Shown here: one piece after another, positions 11,513 through 22,069 of the stretch
Layout: every line of letters starts with the position of its first letter
Numbering within the stretch: the stretch's first letter is position 1
From: Trichosphaerium sp. ATCC 40318
Taxonomy: Eukaryota; Protista; Tubulinea
Reading direction: 5' to 3'
Length of the DNA stretch: 64,000 nucleotides
Assembly (NCBI GenBank): GCA_038496445.1
Contig: JALMLS010000316.1
Span: 1 to 64,000 of the forward strand
Notes under the pieces: model-generated
Told to the model about the DNA's origin: nothing
The model's database searches: none
Seen by the model: only the letters and a program-made list of their open reading frames with translations
Position numbers and translations under genes: made by a program

Positions 11513-14500
11513 TCAAAGGCTGATGTACTCAGTTGCATGTCCGAACGAAATGTAATAGTAAAACGATAAAAAAAAAAAATATGAATGTATGATAAGATGT
11601 AGATTGTAAAGAAATATGGGTCGAATATCACGTGGCTTGATGGTGCACACTTTATTAAAACCGCCAAACCTGGTTTGAGAGGATCATATTAATAATAAAG
11701 GGTACTGGCTAACCTTAACGAAGCGAAACAACACGAACTAATACAACTAGATACACATCGCTTCAGCGCTACCACTAGAGATAATTATCAATTGTTTTGT
11801 ATCATTATTAAAGGCTCAGGAGTGTTTTATCGCGTCTTAATCTTTCTTTCCGTACCCCTACCATAAATCTAGAATGCGTTTATAATATTCACATGTGACC
11901 GCTACTTCTTGCTACAATAATAAGGTTAGCCAAAAAAGGAAAAAATGATCAAGTCCTTAAAATGGTCACTACAAGAACTGACATTATGAAGTCGCATTTT
12001 CCGATTTAACGCATTAGTGATGAGCGTGGCTATCACTAGTTGCAAAGTAACAATTTCAAGTAGAACATACATGTCGTGACACCTAACTATAACATAGACA
12101 ATGATTGGTATTTTTATAAATAAGTTGTGTATTTTAGTACATTAAAATACTAAACGCCATTGAATTGGTTATGTTTTTCTTTAGCCGTGCTCTCTTCCTT
12201 CTTAATATCAGCTTGACAATTATGTCAAGCTACCAAAAAGTTTGCAAAGAAAAACGCCAAAAAAGGAGATTGAGTTCTAGCGCTTAGATTGTTACGCCAG
12301 AATTGCGCATACGGTTGGCAAATAGCCTATCAAACACTGTATCAGTGATGATTTTAATATTTTCTGCATTTACTGCAACGGTAGGATGAACAGTAATATC
12401 CTCCCTGACCTTCTCATCATCGACACATGACAAAAACTTTTGTTTTAGATACTCAATAGCTTCAGTTTGTTCCTTATCCTTCATATCACCTTCAAAGTCA
12501 CTAAACTGAGCCTTGAAAGCCTTACGGCCTTCAGTCTTGCTCAATTTTTCCTTTAGAATATCGATTTTGTTGATGAACAAGATGACGTTGCTACAAAGAA
12601 AGAAAAAATAAGATTCTCCATAAAAGCAAGTTATTCTCTCCCCACGTACTCTAAGTGGTCACCATTGTCTGTGATAACCTTTTTCCAGGTCTCAAGTGCA
12701 GTTTCAACACGCATTTTCTTTTGTTCGTCCTCTGCGCTTCCTAACGCAATTGTCAGTACATACACGCACTGAATAATAGATAATAGTCGTACCTAGCCAT
12801 TTATCCGGTACATCGAACTCGTTGACAGCTACTACGTAGATAACAGCCCGAATTTCTTCCTCCAAAATACGATCCCTTGAAAAATAGAGTCAGGAGGACA
12901 CAGAGAACACGAAAAGTGTTGACATCAACAACATCTCTAAAGCTTCAGAAGACCACATTCCAAATTTAGATAGCAATAAGTTTTATACTCCAAAAACGCA
13001 AAAAAAACAACGTTATGTTACGCCAACCAAACAAGGAATCATCTGGCGCCTTTTTCAAAATATTTCCGGATACATACCACTTTTTACGCTCTACAGGCTG
13101 ACCACCGGCGTCAATGACTTCCCATACAAGTTTATCTCGTTTAAATCGACTCCTAAAAGGCAAACGCATTAGCGAGAAGCCGAAACAAAGAACTAAAGGT
13201 TGTACTATTTTGTGATTTTCGAAAAACTTTGTGGTTACGGCGAACAAAAAAAACAAACGAAAACACTCGATTGTTGTATTTACCTTGAAATACCAACCGT
13301 TCGTTGTTTGCACTTTACAATATCTTCATCTGTAGGCACATAGTTGGTGTCTAGAACAGTTTCGAATTGCGCAATGTAGTGGTTAAGGGTTGGAATCTCG
13401 GGATAAATGCCCGGTGTGAGACATAGGTTTTTGAATGCTTCATCTTCTAGAATTTCTTTGGCCGCGTCCATTTGCTCTTTGTGATCTTTTTCGCTTTTTT
13501 GTTCTCTAAAATACAGCATTTAGCTTTCAAACCGCCACACAGACGCCCCACCGCTAGGTAACTTGCGTACCTGTAGTTTCTGAAGAAGTCGTGCGCTTCG
13601 CCTTCGTCTTCTCCTTCAAAGTCGCGAAGTAATACTTCAAAAGCTAGTAATTGCGTTAGTATAACAAAAGTGGGACTACGTCAGATGCTGTAATACCTTG
13701 GTAGAGGTTCTTAACGATTACTTCAGCATAGTTTGATATTTCTTCTGCTGTGAACGCACGGTCTTTACTCTTTGGGTTATGAAGAATTCTGAGCTGTTGA
13801 GTTACAGTTGATTTACCACTTCCACCAATACCTACCACAACGTTAGCAATAACCCCGTTATACTCATATTAGTTACTCAAGGCTCTTACCAAGCATTAGA
13901 ATGCGCATAAGTTTCTTCTCTGGTGTTTGCGCTAAATTAGGCTCCGCAGTCTTGCCTGCACACATTCCCATTTTTGTTGTTGCTTACAGGAGGTTATGTG
14001 GACTTTTATGCTAATTTTGAAAGTTGATTTGACTGCCTAAAGTCAATAAAAACTCCTCACAAAGCGATACCTCACAAGACTGTTTTTACTGTATAAACAA
14101 GGTACTTAGTGAGTTGTACTTGCACCAAGTATTGTTTTTTAATCCGGCTGGATTTCTTTTTCATGAATCTAATTTAAAAAAATTTTGGATATTTTTATTC
14201 TACGGTACAATAGATCAAACAAAAGAGTAAACTGGATTATGGTGTTGTATACCTCCTTCCCATGGTTTGTGTGTTGTAAAGAGATAAGTGAAGGGTAAGG
14301 GTGTAACTCCTGCTGTTGGTTTTTTAGTTGAAACTAGTTTATCTCCAACTTCTCAAGGTACGTTGCAAACTTGAATAACTTGGTTTTCAGTATCTTGTCA
14401 ATGTCAATGCGAACCCTATCGAACGACTCCGCATCCCAGTTTTGTGCGTGATACTTTTCATTGATTACAACGCGTAGTTCCGCTGTTACGTTTAAGATGA

Positions 14501-14581
14501 GGACAGTATTAGATGGTCCAATACCAAAATAACGTTGGCATAGCTTTTCAGCGTATTCCACCGTTTTCGTTTTCTCTGTTG
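9934..14581. repeat. Right arm of the inverted duplication
   Basis: Reverse complement of 1-4644 with scattered substitutions and 1-nt indels. This arm holds the intact reading frames. Confidence 0.97.
12284..13971 (-). CDS. Heterotrimeric G-protein alpha subunit, atypical (copy 2)
   Basis: Inverted duplicate of 611-2298 with the same G1-G5 motifs. The differences I found are in introns. Confidence 0.93.
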
Positions 14582-15190
14582 AGCCCGTTGACAGTTTTTC
14601 TTTGTTGCTAGGGCGTGGACTAGTACTTTTTGATCCTCTTGGACTTGTAGCCTTTTGTGTACTCTTTGTACTGACCTTCTCGGTTATTTCGCTGGCTGTC
14701 TCTCCAGCTTCTTCTGTAGCTCCAGCTGTTGTATTGTGCGTTTTTGTTTCTTTTGCGGAACTATCTGACGTGCTTGTGGTTTCGGTAGCTGCTAAAGGCT
14801 CTACTTCTACTGTTTTTGTGCTTAAAGGTTCCAAGCTGACAGGGTTTGTGCGGTTAGACACGATAGGTAAGCCACCAACCTGCTTTTTCGCCAGATCCCT
14901 ATACTTGAGAGAGTCTAAGTAGAACTGTAGGTTTTCCTCCGCGTATTCCTCTTTGAGGAAATCTTCGAACAAGCCACAGAGCGTTGTTTCTGTAGTAAGT
15001 AGCTCTTCCAAGGATCCTTCTTGCATTGTTTGCATGTAGCTTCGTAAGATGGCCAATTCTGGTGCCTCTTTGGTTTTGCACGCGAAACATCCTCTAAACG
15101 AATGATTAGCCGAGGAATTGTACACAAGAGGTTTCCTCAGGCGGATAAACTGCCTAATTTACTAAAGAGAGTGTTGTACCCCAAACTCAT
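14334..15190 (-). CDS. RGS (regulator of G-protein signalling) domain protein with a long low-complexity insert
   Basis: LEELL..GLFEDFLKEEYAEENLQFYLDSLKYR (RGS helices 2-4), then AEKLCQRYF..LNVTAELR..SFDRVRIDIDKIL..LFKF (helices 5-9). ATG at 15190 assumes a 26-nt first intron. Confidence 0.9.
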
Positions 15191-15557
15191 TGTTGCAAAG
15201 GTACGCAAGACGTAGTTTTAAGAATTATTGACTTTGAAAAAATAAAACCTCGTACAAGTTAGACGTAAAAAAGGTCCAATCACGTCTTTTTTGGGCAGCA
15301 ATAACCAACACAAACAAATTCTGAGCGTACGTGTTTTTTGGTACAAGTTGGAGTTACAGTTATCTACAACAAAGTGTTTTCTAGCGTAGAAATTTATTTA
15401 CGATTTTTTTACATCCAATTCGTTTTGGCCTAGGTTACAATCATAAAGTATGTCATTTTTTTTTTGTTTTCTATACTACTCATAGCTGGTTTTTCAACAA
15501 AAGAACAAACAATTTGTGTTTTTAGAAGACAATTAAACCAAAAAAAAAACTTTTCGT

Positions 15558-17760
15558 TTAAAAAATCCAACTCTTATTACGTTTTTGGATTATCTTCAAC
15601 AAAGGTACTATCATATCCACTTGGTATCGCTCACTGGTAGGTTGCTTAGGCTTATCCAAACCCAATCGCACTATGACAACCTAAAAAAAGAAATATATTA
15701 GCAAATTTGGCTAGTACAAGTACAAAGTTTCTTGTACCTTTTGTGTAGGGAATATCCACACGCGTTGTCCAGTAAATCCTAAAATGATTTCGTAAATATA
15801 ACGACTTCATGTAGTAGACAGAAATGGGATAGTACCAGCACACCAAAAAGCATCCTCTGGAAGATCATCGTACTTTAAAGTACCATTAAATCGTTTGTTT
15901 AACCAAAAATGAGCACCATAGCCTAGTTTTTGTTACTATCAGTGATTGATGAAGACCTTCTTTACCTGAGCGCTCTGTTGTATCTGCGGGTTGTTCAGTT
16001 GGTGTTGTTGTGTAGTCCACCCAACCTTTTGGAAGAATTTGTTTTCCAGCCCATACACCATTCTAGAAAGAGATCAACAAAACAAAGATAAACAGTAATC
16101 AAATTACGTAGGCGTAAAGTAGTCCAAATCGAGCCCAATCACGGGCTGTTGCTGACGCATATGATGAGCCAACGGGCGTGCCTATCGAGATGAGATTAGC
16201 AGTTGTCAATACACTAATAACTAAGGGTGATCTAATGCATTGTACCTGAAGCATCTGGTTCAAGTACAAGGGAATACATGGTGATTTTATTCACCAACTC
16301 AGTTTGCACAAACTCAAGATATGATTTCAAAGTACCACCAGTGTTGTGTTTAATTATGCGTGAAAGAATGTTTGTGGCTCCACTTGAGTACTGCCAATAT
16401 GTGCCAGGTTCTAAAAATTTACGATAAGCACAATGTTGCAACTTATCACGTACTCGATTCCATTCTCATGGTTGCTGCAAAATTTCCTGAAGACGCCTTA
16501 AAGGTAGTGTAAGAGATTGTACTTGCAAGTGTCATTCCTTGAAAATTAAAAAGTACAAACGTACTTTCCTAAATAACATTTCTGTAGCTGGAGAGTATGG
16601 TGTGTAGGCTTCCTTCCATTTTAACCCAGGAGACATGCGAAGCAAATGATCAATAGTAATGTTTTCATGACCATCAGCTAAATGGGGAGGTAAGCATTGG
16701 AAAGAATAACGATCCCGTGTGTAAACTTGTTCGTACTCATATCTTTCCATTCATCAATACCAACATCACAAGCCTTGTCAGTGATAGATAAGTTTCCCTT
16801 ATGGACAAGGATACCAATCAAAGCATTTGTAATACTCTTTGTCATTGACCAACCGAGTAGCGGCATATTTTTATCATATCCCTTGAGGTACGACTCACTC
16901 AACATGCGTCCTTAGGTAGTGTCAACAAACTCTTGTCAATACTCTTTTTTTTTGATTACCTTTATTCACCACAACGACAGCACGTGCTGAAATATTTGTA
17001 GAGTTTGTTGACTTGTTTCCTGGCTGTGCCATGTATTCGTCTATTACCTACATGCGAAAGTCATCAGAAAAGGGTTTTGACTCCAATCAATATTCCTATT
17101 CACCTCTGCCATTGCTGATATTTTCGGAGCAGCAAATGCGCCACCGTTTGGCCATAGTGATTTTTCTCGTACAGAAATTCTGCCGTATTCAATAACTTGC
17201 TTTGACACATTTTTAGGAAGGTGTAGCGTACACCCAAGGCCTTCGCGGTATGTTGCAACGCTCGTGAAAGCTAAAGTGACGTTTTAAATGACGTGATTAA
17301 GGCGTATAGCAGCGACAATTTTTTCCAAAGCGGCTTTACATTTACCCGTTTTACATAGGCAAGAAAAGGCGTGCTACAGTATTTTTGGTGTTGTAGGTAT
17401 ATTAATTGTTTTGGGAAAGAGGGTTGGAATAATAATTATAACTGGCTATTGTACTGTACCTCCGTAAACGCTCACTGATACAGCCTTTCGCTCTGGAGTG
17501 TTATAGATGGTTGTATTTAGTAAATAAACAGGGCCTATAACAGGCGCTACATCATTGTCCATGATGTCTTCTAGACTTCTCTACAGTGCAAGTTAGGCGA
17601 ACTCAGCTTGAATAGAAAGCCAAAACAAGCGTACTTGTGCCACGAACACTCCTGTACATACGTACTTCGCTGTATAGGTAGTACCGAGCATAAGTGCTTC
17701 ATCTGCAACATAGTAACCAATTGCTACCACCACTATCGCTACTATCATCCAAATACGCAT
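15558..17760 (-). CDS. Serine hydrolase, beta-lactamase class C / penicillin-binding-protein-like family, with signal/anchor peptide; multi-exon
   Basis: GWSMTKS (SxxK), ITIDHLLRMSPGL, PGTYWQYSSGATNILS, GSSYASATARDWARFGLLY, VVIVRLG. N-terminal YTAKYVCTGVFV and ATYREGLGCTL are typical of the bacterial subfamily. Confidence 0.9.
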
Positions 17761-17891
17761 AGTAAGTGTAAGAAGTGTCTTTTAACGGTAACTGGACAAG
17801 CCAGAAAAAGAAAAGCTTAAACTACTTTAAGTGCGCTCTGATTGTGCAACGTTGACAGCGTATAATCTGTATGATAGCCAGGCGCGGTCAC

Positions 17892-18542
17892 ATGTCCAAC
17901 AAGTACATTCTCTAGCTATTATAGTTTATTTTAACAATTTTACAGACGCAGGGAGTTATTTGGTAATGCCAGTGGCACGAATGGAGCTAAGAGGCAACAC
18001 GGGCCAAGGTTTGGAAAATAATAAATTAAAATTAACGCTAATACATAAACAGGGACTACCAACAGAATCAAGCGGATATAATAAGGCGTCAGAATGACGC
18101 AAATGTGGATATTCTGGATGAACGCGTTGCAGCAATTCACCGAGTACGAAAATCGCTTCGTTGGTGTAGTGTTATTAATATTTTATCGTTTTAGCAAGCC
18201 CAAGAAATCAGCATTTTAATTGGGGACACAACACAAGATACACAAGCCTTGGTACGATTTTGCTACACATAACGTCGTGCGAGCCTAACCCTCTTGTAGT
18301 CTGGTAGTGTTGTTAACGCGAAAGATATAGTAAAAAGTCTGTTGGGTAAGAAATAATGAACTGTCAGTTTTTTTTTTGGACAAAAGTATTATCTTTTTAC
18401 TTTTGGAATAACACGTTTTACAGGTAAACTTGAGGATCTTTCACAGTCTGGTAGTAACAAATTAATGCTTTATATGGTCCTCTTTGTAGTTGGTGTTTTC
18501 TTGCTGATCTATTTCTTAATGACGTACACCTCTAGATCATAA
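17892..18542 (+). CDS. BET1: Bet1-like Qc-SNARE
   Basis: Spliced: RRELFG..IIRRQNDANVDILDERVAAIHRQAQEISILIGDTTQDTQAL..SLLGKLEDLSQSGSNKLMLYMVLFVVGVFLLIYFLM. SNARE coil plus C-terminal transmembrane helix in a small protein. Confidence 0.78.
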
Positions 18543-19073
18543 AGAAAAAAAAGAGTCTGGATTTTTTTTTTTCATTTCAAATAAAGTTGTATAATAATTC
18601 ACAAACATCGCGTAAGGTCATCACCATGAACTACACTGGTACTACGCGAATCGCAATCTATACTTTGATTTACAGTCGCTTGTGACATCGGTTAAGAATG
18701 AACTTTTTTTTTTTTTTTTACCATTGTCGGCAGAATAGGTACGGACTGACATTTACTGTGAGACTTCATATGATTATCATGGGTTCAGGTCTAAATACTG
18801 ATGCCTTCTCAGAGCTAACATTGATTACGTGTAACGTGGTTTAACTAAACAAAAGTAAATCAAAGAAACAATTGTGAAGCGTCGCACATTTTTGAATCCC
18901 ATGCGTTTCCTGTAACTGTGGTACTCTTGCGTAGCACAGTTGTCTGAGAATTGTCCACAGTAGAACGAGTTTCATCCCATGGCGTTAATATCATTACATC
19001 AAAACGTAAGATCAAGCTACGGTAGATTCACTTAAGTCAACACTAATCAGAATGAGACAGTACCTCGAATAAA

Positions 19074-20349
19074 ATGCCTCTAAAGCGTGTAATCATAAAA
19101 AAGCGTAAGCGAACAGCAGACGCAATGGATCCTGAAGCTGAGACTTCAACCAAGCGCCAAAAACTCAAGATGCTTAATATAAACCCCAAGCGCTTCCCGA
19201 CTGTGATGGTAACAGGTGATGACACAATCGCTAACATAATAGCAAACAAAGTGTGTCTAGTCTACCAAAACAATATATTAACGCTTGCTAGTGTACAGAG
19301 GCGAAGCCAGCGCTATTCTACCAACTGTCAAAGAAAGAAAATGTAATGTATGCCGTCAAAAATGACAAAAAATCAAATAATTTCTGACTTGTTTTTTGCT
19401 TAGTGCTAAAAAACTGATTCTGGTCTTTGCCAACGGACTCGCATACTATGGCTTAAGTGCTAGAAAATACCTGGGCATCTCAGCAACAGCAAAACTGTCA
19501 TTGACACCAACTCAGTTCCCTGATAAATTAGTATTTATACAAACAACATCTAGCAATCGTAAAGTTAAATCAGGCACATTGTAAACACGTGACATTCTTC
19601 TTTTTTGGGAAGCGAACTAAAAGAATATTTAGCGTAGCTTGGGAAGATACAACACAGCCTATGGAGTGCCCTGTTGTTGATATTAAATCAAACAAAGTAT
19701 CCGCTGAGCCATCAGAGGAGCCATCTGCAGAGGCAACTCCAGTACAGATGAATGCTTCGAAGAAGAGTTCCCTCCTCCTGGAGAAGCACGTGACAAAATA
19801 CCAGGCTACGTTGATAATGAAGTGAACAATCACCCTGAGGAAGATATTGAAAAGTATAAGAAGGAACTAGCTGCTGCGTATAAAAGAATAAAAGGATGGA
19901 AAAGATGGAATTATTCTGAGAATAAGGGATATCCAAAGATTCCAAGTAGTAGATGTTTTGTTTGCTTTGTAGATGACACAGGAGAAAATAAGATTGCTTA
20001 TTTTTCAACTGAAGATGACATTGGAGGGTTCTCTATAGTCATGCAGATGGGAGGTTTTGTCAATGATTCTTGGTACGTGAGCTATTGCTTTTTCTTTTCC
20101 AATCTTTGCTGAGTGACATACTTGTAAGGTGTATTTGGTGGCCATCCTTTCATTGTTTGTAACGCTCTCACGTTTGGCAATAGTGATGGGTCTGGTGACG
20201 AAGAATTTTTAGAAGAAGATGAGATAAAACCAAGAAAACTATTTGATACAGCGTTAAAATGCTTTGATTTGTATGTTTTTGAATTTATTGATATGTATAA
20301 ATTATTGAATTGGACTCAATCCGAACAATTTAAACTCGTTTCCAGTTAG
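19074..20349 (+). CDS. Hypothetical protein, multi-exon, basic NLS-like N-terminus
   Basis: ATG 19074 (MPLKRVIIKKRKR) and successive exons with GT-AG boundaries. No recognisable domain. Confidence 0.5.
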
Positions 20350-20626
20350 CGCACGATGGACATAGTGAGCGTCACGCAACACTAGTTTTCTAACTCTAAT
20401 TTTGTGCAACTTTGGACTTAATAAAAAAGTAAGAAAAATTGAATAAGTTGGATCTATACAGATTGATGATCAATAATCTAAGAACCAAGAAATGTTATCA
20501 CAAGGTCAACGTTTAATTACTGAAACTGGTACTGCTCAAGCGAAACAGAGGTTGTAATCAAACACAATAAACCAGGCTTGCTCGTTGAGTAAACAAAGGA
20601 TAGTTAGACTATTTAGTTACTTGGTT

Positions 20627-21832
20627 TTAATGTTGTGTTGGGTATCCAGGTGCAACAACATGTTCTTGAACAACAACGACATGTTGTTGTTGAGGAGGAG
20701 GTTTTTGTACTGGTTTTGGTGGAGGTACATAGCGATCGTTCTTTTTGTGAATCAACTTTCCAAGCTTTCCAATGCCCTTCAAAGCACCTTTTGTACTTGC
20801 ATGAATCACGTTTTCTACACTTTGACCAGTATTACCAACAGCTAATGATATCAAGTAAGAAATAGAGAATACTTCACCTGAAAAAAAAACCAAAGGTGAC
20901 ACGTGCCTGCTCTCGACCAAAAATTAGTGCATTTCATTAAAGTCCCATTATTGTTCACTGCAAACACATTGCCATTAGAAGCGACTGAAGCTGCTTTTAC
21001 AAGGCTTCCTTGTTTCATAGACCAGTCCATACCACTCCACGAGAATATCTAGTACAGAGTTAACATCAAAAGGGCTGGTAAGTCGAAAAAACAACAGAAA
21101 AATAATAAAAAAAGCGTGCATTGCCTTTTGATCATGTGATACGCATATAACTCGTCCTGAATATCCTACAGATAGTTGCATACATGAACCAATTTTCTTT
21201 TGCCATAAATTAGATCGTGGGTCCCATTGGTAAATAGCATGACCTCTATCAATACACCTTGGCAAGTGTCAAAAGAGAAACTCCATCCACGATCCAAAAA
21301 AAAATCCAAAATCCTAACGAACCACAAATCACCATCACTACCAACAGACACGTGCACGGCTTGACCTGGTACTGCAGCCCATACACCTGCTTGCAGCTTT
21401 AGAATGTTTCCTAGCTTATCTACGCCCTATGGAAGTTTTTAGCAATTACTTTTACGAATCCTATTTTGGTTGTTTAGGCGTTACACATACAACAATATGG
21501 TTGGCAGATCCAACTGAAATCTGTGAAAATAAATGAGGGCAAGGGATCTTTTGCCAATTAGTCCCGTTGAAGAGAAAAAGTGACCCTTGAGCGTCTACGC
21601 TATACGTTGTACCGTCTACGCCACTATCAAGGCAAACGCATAAACCCGGTACGTTTTGCCACTGCCCGAGCTGTTGACGCCATACGGTGCCGTTTTGGAG
21701 CAATATCCAAGTGTTTTTACCGCCTGCAGCTACCTAAACAAGAGTCATTGGTGTATAGTACATAAAAAACATTACCGTTGCCACCCCAGCAGGCGCATTG
21801 CTTACTAATGTCCAAGTGACTGCTTGTGCCAT
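20627..21832 (-). CDS. Tectonin-like beta-propeller lectin with a Pro/Gln-rich tail
   Basis: About six repeats of W-x2-(V/I)PG..(Q/H)(I/V)SVG-S-x-G: WQNVPG..LDSGVDG, WQKIP..QISVGSA, WAAVPGQAVHVSVGSDGDLW, WQKKIGSCMQLSVG, WSMKQGSLVKAASVASNG. Confidence 0.85.
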
Positions 21833-22069
21833 TGTTTTGAATGTTTATTTTACAATTTGTTCAGAATGACTTAAAGCGTAGCTGAGAATTCGTGAGAGAA
21901 GTGTCAAAGGTAAAGTATACCACATGCTTGTCAAATACTGGTATAAACAGACACTTGTCTTGTACTATTTGGAGAAATGCTTTACAAGTTAATTAAACGC
22001 TCTTGTATGGCATGCCTTGGCGTTTTGGAATGCAAAGTGCTGTAAATTCAGGGTTTTACTTGTTTGTAC

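Noticed and set aside
1-14581. Inverted arms as terminal inverted repeats of a large transposon
   Set aside because: The arms consist of ordinary host genes, and the spacer has no transposase or integrase.
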